Origin: Perkinsus olseni
Taxonomy: Eukaryota
Length of the DNA stretch: 57,697 bases
Direction: 5' to 3'
Assembly: GCA_013115125.1 (NCBI GenBank)
Contig: JABANN010000173.1
Location: 1-57,697 of the forward strand
The notes under the pieces were generated by a model. That model did no database searches. It worked only from the letters and a program-made list of their open reading frames with translations, and was not told where the DNA came from. Position numbers and translations under genes: made by a program. Shown one piece after another: positions 1-13,056 of this stretch; position 1 is the first letter of the stretch, and the number at the start of each line of letters is the position of its first letter.

Positions 1-1667
1 TGATTCATACTTAAATTAATAGCGAAGAACTGATAAAATTTCTGTTTCGCTTATCGAAAATGCACGGTCTGTAGTAGTAGAATGGTGATGGGCGATAGGA
101 TGTCTCAGTCGCACGGCGAGTAAACCGGCTTGAGTGGAGCTGAGATGAGGATTGCATAAGCTTACGGCGCGGATAGTATGATAGCTTCGCTCAAGTTGAA
201 TACGTTCTGAGTAGAGAAGGTGTATCCAGACGAAACCTAGCAGGGCGACCGACGTAAGGTGTGAGGCGCAGCGTTATCACGTACCATTCGAGAGAGCGCT
301 GCAAGGGGTGCGTGCTCACTATGTCCTGCTATTCTTCTTGCGTGTGCCATAAGACACCCAATGCGAGCAAAACCAACGGAACCTTTCAGGTCATCATCCC
401 TTGGCAACGAGCTTCTCTCGAGCCCCGTCTCGCGGCCCACAGCCGAGCCTCCCTTAGTGAGCGTATCTCCTACCACGTCAGTGACCAGTACCGCCCCCAG
501 TACCCGACAGACTCTCGCAGCCCCTAATCTAGGGAAGGCGTCGGCCTTCAGTTTTGTCAACAGGGCCCCTACGAGCCAAGCGGGGATCGAATCGGCGGTG
601 GAGGTGACCCGTCCATCGACAACAGCGGATCTCCTGGACTTGTGATACCTCATTTCTCTCGCATTTCAAATGTATAGTCACAGCAGCGTTGTAGTTCCTT
701 TCCGACAGGCTCGTCTTGTGTTCCTTAGTTTCGGTCGCTGGGACAGTTCGCTCCCTGACCATTGTTGTGACATGTTGTATTGTGATGGTCTTAGCTTGTC
801 CCCCACCGACTAAGATGCCGTGGAATCACCTTCTACACGCTGGTCCCTTCAATAGCACAGCATTTGCCTTTCTCCCAGGGGGAATCAACGTCGACATGGT
901 GAAGGACTCGCACGGGAATGATGTGTCTCCAGTGGGTGGGGTGGTGGCCGCGGGGATGCGGGCATTTCTACCATTGACCTATCCCTTCGTGTTGTTAGTG
1001 CTCTCCAGAAGGCAGTGCTGAGCTTGGCAAGATGGCAGCTGGGATGTTCAAGGCACCTGGCAGCCCTCCACCCGAAGAGTGAGCCCACATGAAGGCCTCG
1101 GGTCTGACCGATAATTCCACTGTTCTACTACTTCCCTATGTGGTGGTTATCAGTCTGACGAAGGCATCATACGAGCAACAGTTGGCCGTCAAAGGGACTG
1201 AGAAGGCGGGACAGATCGGCCCTGGGGTAGCCTAGCCGCCGCTTTGTCACGACGATTCACATACGCAGTGTGAGGAGGACTACTCGGCGCCATGCCCCAA
1301 GGGCTGGGCCTTGCTCAGCAACGACTCTATTCGGCCAGTGTGCATCCCTCCGAGCGACTATCATGGCTACTGTAATAAGCCTCAGCCGTGGCCTACCTAT
1401 TCTGAGGTAGATGGCGGAACGAAGCCTGCCTGCGCGGCCATGGACCGCCTCAGAACCGGAAGCTGGAGGATGCCGTTGGTTGTGGGGTGAAGTACCCTTG
1501 TAAAGGGGAGGCACACAAAGTGAAGTGAGCGGTGACACTGGTGCTACTGTTGGCGAGATTTATGGCTCAGAGAGTTCCCCCAGCAGGAGACACCGCCCAT
1601 GCTGCTCAGCTTGTTGAAGTTGAAAGGTGATTTCATGTGAAGTTTACTACGAGGCTTGAGTTGGAGC

Positions 1668-2680
1668 ATGGAAACGAGAGGCGGTCCTCTTAGTTCGGTT
1701 CGTTGTCATATACCCTCCGTCATGGTTGCCGTTGCGCAGGAAACGCCAAATCATCAACGTTACTCGGTGATGCGTGTTGGGGCCCTGAGGGCTCTCTGTA
1801 AGGAGAAGGGGCTTCCTTCTGACGGTGAGATATTCATCTTGGCCTGAATTGTATCTTGGACTGGTCAAGCTGAGATTCCTCTGTGATAATCTCAGGTCGC
1901 AAAGAAGATCTCGTGAACCGTCTTTGTAACAATTGCAGCAGCTCCTATTCTGGTCTAATTAATGCAAGTACACCTTCAATCATCGGAGGCCCCGCCGCGG
2001 GGCCGGCGGCCACTTCAAAGCCTTCGACTGATGTTACTACCTCCGATGGAGTCCTTTCTGAAGGAGGCATCACCACCTCTCATGAGTCTACGGGGGAAGT
2101 AAGCCATCCCTCCCAGCGTGGTGTCCCCCGAGGAGGCCATTGCTTGCCAGGGCGATGGCAGCAGCAGCAGCCGCCTCACCACTACGGAGCTCCATGAGCT
2201 GGCAAGCATTGCCGATGAGATCAGGCATATAAGAAAACAAACGGTAGGGCCCCTTCCCCTGGGAAAACAGACACCGCAACTGTTTGCTTCTCTCCTGAAG
2301 GAGTTCAGCCTCCTGCGAGTAGCTGGGCTAATAACCGACTATCCTCCGTCATGCCTCGCCTCTGACAGCCGCTACGGTGGGGTGCCCAAGTCTACACCCT
2401 ATGGGGTGAGCGACAGATTCTTGCCCTTTATCTGGTAGGGTCCTGTTTCTTGCTCAGTACCCAGCCTCAGCTCCTACTTCAAGAGCGACCGTCGCGCTGC
2501 ACCACCCTCAGCAACAAGACCAATATTGGCCATACGAACGGCAGCTGGGCCTGGGTGGGGCGCGACCTCGTTTCTGGGAAGCGGTTATCGACTGTGATGT
2601 CGTGTCAGGAACTCGTTAGCGCGCCTTCGGCCAGTGATGGTTTCCACGCTGACTACGAGCCGGTGGAAAGAATCATAATA
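1668..2680 (+). CDS. SAP-domain protein (spliced; boundaries approximate)
   Basis: Exons join to RYSVMRVGALRALCKEKGLPSD|GRKEDLVNRL, matching the SAP motif (L+..L...GL...G.K..LV.RL) across a GT-AG intron at ~1825-1895; low-complexity exons follow. Confidence 0.55.
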
Positions 2681-3018
2681 TCATTATCATCCTACTGTTG
2701 TATGGCCCTTTCCCCATCTTATGCTCTTCTTTTTTGTCTGTCTCGTCGTCTTCTTATTGAAGTGAAGTTGTATCAGCAGCACCAGCCGCCTCACGACCAT
2801 TGCCGGCTACGCCACCTGGTGCGCGGTTGCTCTTGAAAGCACCAGAGAAAGAATCATCTGTTAGTGGTGGCAAGCGGTGATGGCGTAACTCCTCGGTGGA
2901 GCGTGTCCGGTGATGTGGACCGTGCAGATGATACTGTCAACTCTCGTCTCTGGCCCCGGAGCATTGCGTTCAGTCGGTTCCCCCGAGTCGTTGCTGCAGG
3001 AGCCAATCATTCACTTCG

Positions 3019-4274
3019 ATGATATGCGTAGAGTGCGGGCAGGTGGTGAAAAGCCTCTTTCGAGAGTACTCGCGCGGCAACATCCGTCTCACCCATTGCC
3101 CCAACTGTGGCGCCATAGCTGACAAGTACGGCAAGCATTGATATAGAGTCCGCTTTGAAGAGCGCTGGTCTGTAGATACATTGAGTTGGAGATACAATTA
3201 GTGTTCGTCGACCTCATTCTGCACAGGAGCCAAGCCTATCGGCACATACTTTTTAATAGGGGGACCATCCGTGTGCACAAAGAGGTAAGTTGATGGCGCT
3301 AGACAGCTGTTCAGCCCGGTTTGAACTGTTCCCCGATCCATCATGTTGTTTTTCTAGGTTTACAAATTTCTGACGGTCATGTTCGCGTTGGACTCCTTTG
3401 ATCAATGGTTCCTATGTAGTCGGAGCAAGGAGGCCGACTATCTCGAGAGCCGTTCCGATGGCTCTGAGAGGTGAGCCGGGATTACAGGATGCTTGTCAGT
3501 CGGAGCGCCATTTCAGGTATCCATGGGAGGAATTCGCGAGATGGCTCCAACCCCACGAACATCAATGGATGCTACTCATAGAGGCAGTCATGGAAACCGT
3601 TGTGTAACCATTTGGCGCTTGTGCGGCGCTGGGTATCCTCTTCGCGTTGATGCCTCGACATTGATGCAGGTACCTGGCAGTCATCTGTTGGCTAACTAGA
3701 CTCTACGTCACGCTCCTGCAGGACAGGAAAATTCCCGACCCATCGAAACCGTCGCAGCACGACATGATGGAACTGGTAGGCATTCGCTCGCATTTCAGGC
3801 TGGCCCCCTGCTAATAAAGAGTCTGATCTCAGTCTCCGCGAACCCGTGCCCAATCTCTCCGCACACCTCTGCCGTCTTGGGGAACCTCGTGGATGCAGTT
3901 CCGCTTCCTCATATCAGCTGTTGTGATATCTTGCTTCGGGAAATTGGGTGAGCAAACAGTGCCTACTTCCAGTGAGAGGGTGTTATTGTTCGATCCAACT
4001 CGTAGGTGTACTGCTTTGGATGATATGGGATGCCAGTCGTCTGATCCGAAAGGCTATATCGGTGTTCACTTTAACATCCAATATAGTTGCTGTCCGAGTG
4101 TTCCTACGCTGTGATAGCTATACACCACCTGTTACCATCGTTGGGCTGGCGTTCGCCGCGAGGTAAGCTGTGCCGCCTGGCTATATTTTACATACTGAAC
4201 ACATCGCTTTCAGGGCACTTTTCAGATGTGCCATGTCTACTCTGGAGCCCACATTGGAGTTCAGTATCATATAG
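3019..4274 (+). CDS. ARV1: Arv1 family ER sterol/lipid homeostasis protein (multi-exon)
   Basis: MICVECGQVVKSLFREYSRGNIRLTHCPNCGAIADK|YIELEIQLVFVDLILHRSQAYRHILFN is the Arv1 homology domain with its zinc-binding CxxC pairs; hydrophobic exons follow (FLISAVVISCFGKLG, VLLWMIWD). Not captured in the ORF track. Confidence 0.9.
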
Positions 4275-5083
4275 TACGTTTGTGCACTGTGAAGATTGAC
4301 TTACCCTCTTTGGAACGCCCAGCGGGTCTTGTGTTCCGAGTCTGAGTTCAGCTAGGCCCACGACTTCTACGAAGCTCGCACGACTACCTTTTACGAGACT
4401 CCAGCGTAGCAACGCGAGCCGTGTTTAATGAAGATATCAGCGCCCCGCGGAACTTCGGTGTAGAATCGTCGAACGTAAGCACGGAAGCGGAATACAACTG
4501 AAAAAACGGGAAAATCAGGCGGCTCGCCGTCAGACCTGACGGATCCCACAATTAGTAGTAAATGCGGAAGCTTTCGAGTGAGCAGTATTCGCTCGACTCA
4601 ATCTTGCTAACTTCAATCTTGCAAACTCGCGCTCGAGAGAGTTGTCAGCGACGAAAGCCACCACCTCTACGAGCCTGCTTACCGCTTAAAAAGAAAGAAA
4701 TAAGTTACGTTTCACTCGAACTAGCCCCCTACTTCTACATGGTTTATAGTTGCCAACATTACTATCGGCTCATTCCGTACCTTCTAGTGAAAGTACGGTT
4801 ATCCTTCGCCAGGACGACTCCCCAACCGAGGATGCCGCGGTCAGCGGGCGAAGTCAACTACTGACCCTTTAACAGAATAAGTTCGGGTTTCGGACTCACC
4901 CTGGGGGTGCTGCACCACAAGGAGCACTACTATAGGTACCAACATGGGGTGATGAGCACGCGATCTGAGGAATATTTGGTATGGGCGTGCGTGCATCCCT
5001 GCGCGCGATGACTGGCCTCCAAAGACTTGGATGAACAAAGAGAGAAAGAAAGAGAAAATAAGAAGAGAAAGAAAAAGAAGAGG

Positions 5084-5401
5084 TGTTACCCCGGGGATCA
5101 GTTCACGACTCAGCGCGGTTGAGCTTCGGGATAAACACGAACCTCGCATGAGGGATACTGCCCGCACTCTCCCGGTTCTTGAGCGGATACAAACACTAAG
5201 GCGCATTGTCCTTGCTCAGGATATGGACCTTTAAACGACGGGTGATACTTTCATCCCTTTCCCTAGTTTTGGCCGATAAGCGCGGCAGTTCTCTCTACAT
5301 CACAAGTTATCCACAGCATTCATGTTCATCTTATACTCCTTCACTGTCCCGATGTACTCCGAGTAACTCAAAACCTCCTTAGGCAAATGAAAACAGTAAC
5401 A
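5084..5401 (+). mobile_element. Candidate LTR remnant preceded by a polypurine tract
   Basis: A ~48-nt almost pure purine run (5036-5083) directly abuts TGTTAC; the inverted GTAACA lies at 5396-5401. No TSD and no retroviral ORF seen. Confidence 0.35.
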
Positions 5402-5709
5402 ATGTGGACTATACAAGTTTTGCGGCGATTAGTGGTTGCACATCGGCAGTGCCGGCAGCTGGTGTAACGAGTATCATCCTGAGCTTAACCGTCGTGGAGT
5501 CGATGAGTAACGTACCTTCCAGGACCGATAGAGCGAGTCCGATCGTACGGTAGCCTACATTATCATCGCGCGCTATCCGAAACAGTTGTTATTATTAACA
5601 TACGGAGGACCGTACCTAGTGTAATAATTATTATTGTAGCTTCCCTTGCCACGGCCTTTTCCATAGCCTTTGCGCGGACTCCAGTATTCTGATAACGATG
5701 AAACTGCAA

Positions 5710-7090
5710 TCAGTGGGCACATAGCTGTCGCGTACTAGAACGCCGGCCCCCATAGCTGGGAGCGCCTTGGGGCTGCTGTTGCTGATGCTGTTGTGGCGCC
5801 TTGGCGATCGTCACAGGCCTAGCGTAGGCATCGAAACCAGGTGGCTGCAACGTGAGTGATTGACCGAGGCTGCTAAGTGCGCCGGCAGAGCTACTCCGCG
5901 ATCGAGCCAGCCCCCGTGCCCTAGACGCAGACGACTCCAGATACCTAATACACAGCCAACGATGTACTGGAGACCGGCTGATAGGAGGGCTGCTCACGCT
6001 AAGAGGGTGTTGTCGCTAAGCAGAGGCAGCGCAGCCCGTATCTCATCCCCAACAGGGTCCACTGCCGAAATGGGACGGTTCGGGTACCTGAAACGGTACG
6101 ATGAACTCCGTACTAGAGGCAGCCATCTTACCCCCGTGCTACGGAGTCCCGCATTCGACAGCACGTTACATAGGCCTGCTGTAACTTCGAATTTAAAAGA
6201 GCATTCCGAAACCCAGGAAATTGCCGATCAGTATCCGCAGTCTTCTTATAATACCTTAACAGTAAACAAAATACGCTGCCGTGAGCTGCCGTGAATTTCT
6301 GACTAAGATATCAACCGATCGACGCCCCGTTTCTACTTCTTCGTAATTTTCCGAAATCCCGCCAGATTGACTTCGGTATATGCCATGAGGTCATTGAGGG
6401 CCGGTATGGCTTTATTCATTTTCATTACCAAATCGGATACTGCAGGAGACGGACTATCGACCGAGGCCGAGGACAGTATCCCAACGATGGTATCTGTGCA
6501 CACACCATCACCGTAACACCGGTTCCCCTTACAACTACCCCGACTAGGTCGACCCTTCCCTCCCGATGATGACCCTGCAGTCCGCGTACCATTCACAGTG
6601 GGGCTCGGAACGGGCCCTGCGCCCAGTAGTTTGTTCCTTGCTCGGTCCAGCTGCCCTGGAGTGTAAATCAACCCCAGCAAAATCGCGGTCTGAGTGAAGC
6701 CATCGTGAGAAATCTATATATACGGCGCGGCCGGCTCACCAGCTGAGCCTCAGCTAATAACGACTCTAGTGCAGTCAATCGTGTTGCTATCAATCCCACT
6801 ACGTTTGTCAAGTCTGATTGAAGTATTCTGGTGAACTCGGCCACGGCGGGGTTCTGAGTTGAAATACTGTGAAATCGACTGGGGAAGTCGCGAGCTTACG
6901 GTATCACCGTCGAAAGTTCCGGTCTTCGACGCCTCCTCTACAGACAATTTTATCAGTCGCTTGAGCTGCTTATAAGATACATACCTGAGCAGGCGAGTCC
7001 GGTGGAACGTACCCAGCGGGAAGAGGTCAGACCAGAGTATCAGATCAAAAGTATGACCGAACTCGCAGCTAATAACGACACCCTCGCATG
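5710..7090 (-). CDS. SPX-domain protein (phosphate/InsP sensing); start uncertain
   Basis: EFGHTFD...YVSYKQLKRLIK (SPX N-terminal YxxxKxxK cluster) and LNDLMAYTEVNLAGFRKITKK|YYKK (SPX lysine cluster). Confidence 0.8.
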
Positions 7091-7455
7091 AATCTTGGAC
7101 AGTCAAAAAAACATAAGCTTCAGTCCGTCCTTGCGCGCTATACCACTGTAGAAAATCCCCAATTGCGGTTCAGCTACGATGTTACGGTAAAGTTCAAGAA
7201 CGAAGCTTTTGGCTCTCTCTACCGCAAGGCGTGCGAATGCTCCTACGCAATACCCCTTTCCCCCTCACTACGGATGAGATGAAGACGTTGCATGCAATGC
7301 CAAGGTTTTGCCGAAGCGCATCGGATAGGAAAATAACAAACTGGGCGGAACGCCTCCCACATCCCTCGTGAAATCAGCAATCCCTCGTCAGCCCTCCACG
7401 CCCTCGCCTAGGAAAGTGTAAGTAACGCCACTCCCGAGCGCAAGTAGAAACAACG

Positions 7456-8854
7456 TTAGTCCTTTTTGACAGTAGCAGCGCGGATCTTGATGGCCATCTG
7501 TACAGCATCATCCTCCAAGAAGCTGGAGGGTATATCCGCATCACCGTCGAACGAGGGAAGGTAGGTCAATACCGTTGGCGAGGGACCCTACAAGGACATC
7601 AATCAAACGCCACCTGGGGGAGCTACCGCACCTTCCGCGTCCCCTCCTCATAAGTCACGACTACGATAATCGCACCACCGCAGGCCTGTTCCTCTGACGC
7701 TGTGGGATCCGGCAGCAGCCATGTTTTATCATCCGATAACAGAGCCAAAGTCACCGAGCCGGGAATCGAACCCATGACCACGCCCCGGGCTTTGGCCAGC
7801 TCTCTGCCGACCTCGGCCTGATGAAAAGCAGACACCCTCACGCATTTTTGCGGTCCGGTCTGACCCAGTCACCATCCCTAGTACCGTTGTGATCGCCTGA
7901 AGATTGACGTCTCCCGCTCTATCACTGAGAGGATCTCCCGCGAACAACGCCGGTAATTCGACACTCCGCAAAGCTTCGACGGCTGCCTTCATACACACAT
8001 CCATCACTGACCCGTCCACAGATAGCACCGTTATGACCAAGTGAAGCTGCCAGACAACCTAACGAGTTCGCTGGAGGAGAGATCGTCTCAGTTTCAGCCT
8101 ACCTGCCCTTCCACAACACAGAGCTGGCTAGGGTCGAACACTTCCGGACCCATTTGAAGAATAGACCCGACCTTCGTGGCCACCTGTATCGCACTGTGAT
8201 GAATGGAAACGCAGAAAAGGAAGTGTTACCCAAGATGAAAGCTGCTGAGCCTGCCTCCGAGACTGGTCCGGCGAGGGGGACAGGTCCACAAAGACCTAAC
8301 GCGCTGCATTTTTACCAATCGCCGAGCAATGCACCCGCAGGTAGCGCGGAGTTCTTCGCATTTGACTTCGCAGGTTTTTCTCATGGTTACCCCCTTCACC
8401 TACCGTGAGACGTCCCTGCCTTGGCATGGATGACACCGGCTCTCCCAGCAGAGGGTGAACAACGCAGGTGGCACAGTTCTGAAGAGAGGCGCCAGCGTTC
8501 TTCGACGCGCAACGTTCCATAAACATGTTCAAGGGTTTCTGGACGCCGTCTTCGACGAGAACCCGACACGGTCAGCGGTCAGCGGCAAGTCTCTGGCATT
8601 GAATCGCGTCCTCCGTTCAAGAAAGGATTCATTTTCGATTCTACGCATTCTCCTTCTACGAAACACTCCTCACCGATCGTTGCGTATCATACTACCTCGC
8701 CGATCCGCACTGTCGACTTTCCACCGCTTGACGTCACCGATACCTTGCGGCTCGAGAACGGCGGGTTGGCCCTTCCATCAGGCCGGACACCAGCGTTGAG
8801 GTGCTTCAACAGGAACCCTCGAGGGTCAGTCGCCTCTAGCAGGGTAGCGTTCAT
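7456..8854 (-). CDS. RRP43: Exosome core RNase PH-fold subunit, RRP43/EXOSC8-like
   Basis: MNATLLEATDPRGFLLKHLNAGVRPDGR; WQLHLVITVLSVDGSVMDVCMKAAVEAL; LLPDPTASEEQAC. Confidence 0.8.
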
Positions 8855-9188
8855 GTAAAACACCAACTGGGAGTGACACGCCTTAGACACGACGCAGTGC
8901 CAGAGTTCAAACTCACTGGAGCTCTGTTGCTGTTTACGCTAAGCACGTATCAAGGCCGCCAACCCCCGTTAGTTCCGTTTCCTGACATAGCAATCAGGCC
9001 ATCAGCAGGCCTTGCATTCTTTCACTCAGGGTTCAGCTTGCTTTCGCAAGTTCCGTATTGAGACCTCGAAAGTGATCGATCAATATTGCGTGCGCGATAA
9101 TCACAGCGCAAGATCGTCGAAGACTTCCTGAAGCCGTATTTTCTGAAAACTTTCCGTTTCAGTTCCTCATAATAGCCTTGTTCCAGCC

Positions 9189-10798
9189 ATGGCAACAGCA
9201 ACAGCTTCCCAACCTGCGGACTCATTCAGTGTCTCAGCGTAAGAGCCCAAGACCAGCAGCGACCCACATCAAAGGGGGCTCACTCAGGGTTGGCCATCAG
9301 AAGGAAAGTCTGAAGCCCACCGAGCCATCCTACTCCTTCGGACTCGGTACCAGGGACGCCCGGGAGAAGCTGTTCATATCGAAAGATCACGAGAAACTGA
9401 TGCCGCCGAGGTACGCTCAGAATAGTGACTGGGGAAGGCGTCTAGCCCCGTCCACTCCAGGTGTTCACCGGGGCCTGTGTACCGTCTCGAGAGCCAAATC
9501 GAAGACCATAGCTACACCTTCGGCACAGCACCGCAACGCCCTGCTCCGGGAAAGCGTTACCCAGGTATGATACGTCGTCGTGAAGTTAATTGCGTATGAC
9601 AGTACCGCGGTCGCCTACGGATTCTGCTCAGATCCTTCAATCGATCTGACTAATGCGTTAGTGGACTCCCAAGCATTCAAGTACCCAGCGGTGAAAGGAA
9701 CGGTCTTTGGTACAGACCCTAAAGGGCAGATTAAGAATGCTACCATAATGAAGTGAGGAAGGGGGAACTCCTATGGATCACATTCGTGGGAACCCTCCGC
9801 ACGGTTTCTATCCAGGAACCACGCCCCAGCCTTCTACGGCAAAGCATCTCCAGGGCCCACAGCATACAACCCTGACAGTAGACACACCAGTGGAATACCT
9901 CGGGTCCCCCAGATAACACTCGGAAGCAAAACTAAGGTTAGACTCATCAGTAGTGGGGCGTCCTTTTGAACGTCACTCGATTCAATACCATCTCTCCGTC
10001 TCATCGTATATGAAGTGGGCATCGGAGGCCTTAAACGGTCTTTTGGAGGAAGGCTTTGGATGTGATGTCCAGCAAATGGATTTTATGACGCGCAGATTCT
10101 GGCTTCCGAGTGCCAAACTCCGCCGGTGGTAGGCCCGGGGACGTACCCTCTGCCGCCGAGCGTAGGAACGCAGTACCTCAGTCAGAGGTAGTAAGGGAGA
10201 CTGACGTCGAGATGCGCTACAAGTCTCGGGTCCTTTCAGGCGCAATCTGTCAACATACAGCTTCAGCAAGGCCCGGAGGGCTGCAGAACGCAATCAGGTA
10301 ATCGCTCGACCGAAGTGTTCTCCGGGTGGTAGTAAAGAGATGAGACAAGATGACAGAGTGAATTAAGCCTGTCGAAGCGGTCCTTACCTTCTCAGAGAAT
10401 TCCGGTTCCAGCCAGCGGCAAAGGAGACCTCACGACGCGGAGTGTTGTCAGCAGTACGGAAAGCTGGAATCCGGCTAATTTGGACCACGTTTCCATCGTC
10501 TCAGGCATTGGACCACAGCATGAGTCGCGCAACTCTAATGCACCTACCTTCGGCTTTGGGACTGCCACTCGAGACCAGAAAGTGAGCCGCGGGGATCGAC
10601 GCGGCCGGCGATGGCTCGGCGATGTTCAGGCGAAAACTTTCCTGGTGCAGACCTCAGGTGACACGGGGCCATCGGGTAGCTGGGCTAAGCCTAGGTGGGT
10701 CTTAATGGCTTTATCATTCTTCTCCAAATGCGTTCAATTGTTGAAGGTGCCACCATCCGACTCTGCCTCGAGCCAAATCGATTGTGAAGTGGCAGTGA
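9189..10798 (+). CDS. SHIPPO-1/ODF3-like PGP-repeat microtubule/flagellar protein
   Basis: Repeated SPGPVY, SPGPTAYNP and VGPGTY motifs alternate with PSYSFG, YTFG and PTFGFG motifs across the spliced exons. Confidence 0.7.
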
Positions 10799-10955
10799 AG
10801 TTGTTGCTCTGGTACATGTTGTTCCTTCGTAGTATTCCGATGTGTCAATCATCGATGTTCGAGCCATTCTTCGGAGCTGCGTTGGTCGATAGAAGTCACT
10901 ACCAGCGATTACAGTGTCCCAGCTTGGGTTGTTCTACCACCCTATCTAGGGCCCG

Positions 10956-12123
10956 ATGGCTGCGAGGGCGACTTCTCCTAATCCTCTGCTTTACGATGAT
11001 AACTATGACGTGGACTTGCCCCCCACAATAAAAGGTCCACACCGAGGATTCACCCGAGCGAGTTACACCTGTCATCGTTGTCAGGCAAAGTGAAGGTTCT
11101 TCGAGTTATCATGGGGATTTGCGCCTTCGTCATGCTTGCCTGTGAGAGACCGGTCTCGAGCTTCCCTCGCATGGTATTCCTTCAGGCGTGATTGGTCGGC
11201 TCTACACGCGGCAAGTATGGGCAGGATTAGTTCTTTGCGTACTGGGGAGCTATGCAGCTTACCTAGCTGGGCCTGAGTAGGTCAACTGATCAAACGCTGG
11301 TTTACTTCTCGTCTCAGATGCAAGATGCACATCTCCCATTGCGCGATGTATGCCGTTTTTGCTGGACTGAATGCCTTCTTCGATTTCATCGAGTGGGTCC
11401 TCGATTCACCATGCATGGTGGTGAGCCCATGCCCCGCTGAATTACTTCAGGTTACTCCTTCGTGCCATCGGCACGGACCGCAGGCCTTCCAGGCTTTTTG
11501 CCATAGGCGTCGAGGTGAGCAGGGCGCGGTTATGCGCACTAGAGCGCTCCAAGAGTGCCACTCCTGCTTGCTCAGACGATCACTGTTGAAACCCACGACG
11601 GCAGGTCAATAGAGTATCCGGCATTTATCTATAATCTCGCTTCCGGTGTACTCATTTTGTCAGTGGTTTTCATGGGGATCAGCTTCATCACTGCGGTAGG
11701 TCGGTTTGGTATGACTGGCCGGTACGCCGGTGCCGTGGCAGGTCCTGGCCTACAGGGTTCAGAGCGACTACTTTTTCGAGCAGTTTGTGCCGACCTATGC
11801 GGTATCAGTGGGGCATAGAGTATCGCAGAGGCTGAGTGCGGCGTCGCGTAGCGGGATAAACGACTACGGCGCTGTTGGTCGCGACGGCCGCCGGGAGACA
11901 TTCAGAGCGTTTAGCGGTAAGTCGCGAACCGTCAACTCGCCCTGTATACCATAGGACAAACAAAAGACTGTCCCTGCCGTAGTTTGAGTCCCGTGTGACA
12001 CATCGTTGGTGGAGCCCGTTCCTTCGTGCATCATTGCCGAATCTGCTACGCACATCCATTATGCTTTAGCTTTCTCGCTTCCTGGCAGGTTCTAGCCACC
12101 GCTTAAAAGATGACAGCGATTGA
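10956..12123 (+). CDS. Hypothetical multi-pass membrane protein
   Basis: GT-AG exons give about four hydrophobic segments (IMGICAFVMLA; WAGLVLCVLG; MYAVFAGLNAFFDF; GVLILSVVFMGISF) and a C-terminal FRAFSG|SSHRL. Confidence 0.55.
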
Positions 12124-12298
12124 ACGTATCCGTGACGTCTATAATTGCAATGATACAGATGTTACATAGTGCTGAAAGGTTGCTGGGTTCCAAGTGTGTC
12201 ACGGCATGATTACAGCTCTCCGCAAAGAGAAGGCTACGCCCAACTGGAAGCCATCAAGGCTTAGGGCTATATACAATCAGAGAATAATTAATAACAGA

Positions 12299-12371
12299 AG
12301 CCTTCTGCTGGAGTTGAACCGACGACCTCCCGCTTACTAAGCGGGTGCTCTACCAACTAAGCTAAGAAGGC
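12299..12371 (-). tRNA. tRNA-Thr(AGT), copy 1 (C:A mismatch in T-stem)
   Basis: Reverse complement GCCTTCTTAGCTTAGTTGGTAGAGCACCCGCTTAGTAAGCGGGAGGTCGTCGGTTCAACTCCAGCAGAAGGCT; 73-nt cloverleaf with anticodon AGT. Confidence 0.9.
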
Positions 12372-12431
12372 TTGCATCACGATTTGCATATTGGCTCGCT
12401 TGCAGCAGTAAAATACCAAAAACTTAATGCA

Positions 12432-12852
12432 GGGCCACTTAATCCGTTACCCTTCCGTTCCAGGCGTTGGGTGGTAGGCCAGCAAGCCTGAGGCCCGCGC
12501 CAAGAGAGGAGCCGGGCGCCACGGGCTCGTCTGGCCTGTGCGAAGGTTTCCCAGCGGGTTGCTGGCAGCAACGCAACGCACCGCCTGGGTGGGCGGGTGG
12601 TAAAAAAACAACTGCCCGGCTGTGGGCTTATATCCGCTACTAGCGGGCCGCTACTAGCGGATTCCTACGGTCGGGTTTGCAGGTGACCGAGTCACCCTCG
12701 CAGCTACTAGCTGAGACTCTCTCGCCGGCCGTAAGATTATCATCATCATCCGATTTCATTATAGGGAATTCTTGAAACACCCGATTGCGCGTGCGGCCCG
12801 CACACCGAAGGATTCACGTCCCTGCAACGGCGGGTGCCCGATTAATCTGCCC
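12432..12852. mobile_element. MITE-like insertion with degenerate ~33-bp TIRs (GGGC...GCCC)
   Basis: GGGCCACTTAATCCGTTACCCTTCCGTTCCAGG versus the reverse complement of 12821-12852, GGGCAGATTAATCGGGCACCCG-CCGTTGCAGG (24/33 by hand). The segment is absent from the paralogous flank of tRNA copy 2. Confidence 0.65.
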
Positions 12853-12983
12853 AATGAATTGACCTCGATTACCCCGCCTGGCTCGCCTTCCCAAGTGTCA
12901 TGGAAACACAAATTGCACGATTACAGCCCTCTGCTTAGGGATGGCTTAGTGCTATGTACAATCAAAGAATAGTCAATAAAACA

Positions 12984-13056
12984 AGCCTTCTGCCGGAGTT
13001 GAACCGACGACCTCCCGCTTACTAAGCGGGTGCTCTACCAACTAAGCTAAGAAGGC
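12984..13056 (-). tRNA. tRNA-Thr(AGT), copy 2
   Basis: Identical to copy 1 except for a fully paired T-stem (CCGGC); a TTTT run follows on the minus strand. Confidence 0.95.

Noticed and set aside
1-1560. Possible gene fragments (Ser/Thr/Pro-rich ORF 361-645 ending ADLLDL; ORF 716-1021)
   Set aside because: Plausibly coding, but there is no recognisable domain and I could not build a consistent splice model.
6751-7080. 14-bp direct repeat CAGCTAATAACGAC at ~6751 and ~7067
   Set aside because: It brackets conserved SPX exons rather than an insertion; no TE hallmarks.
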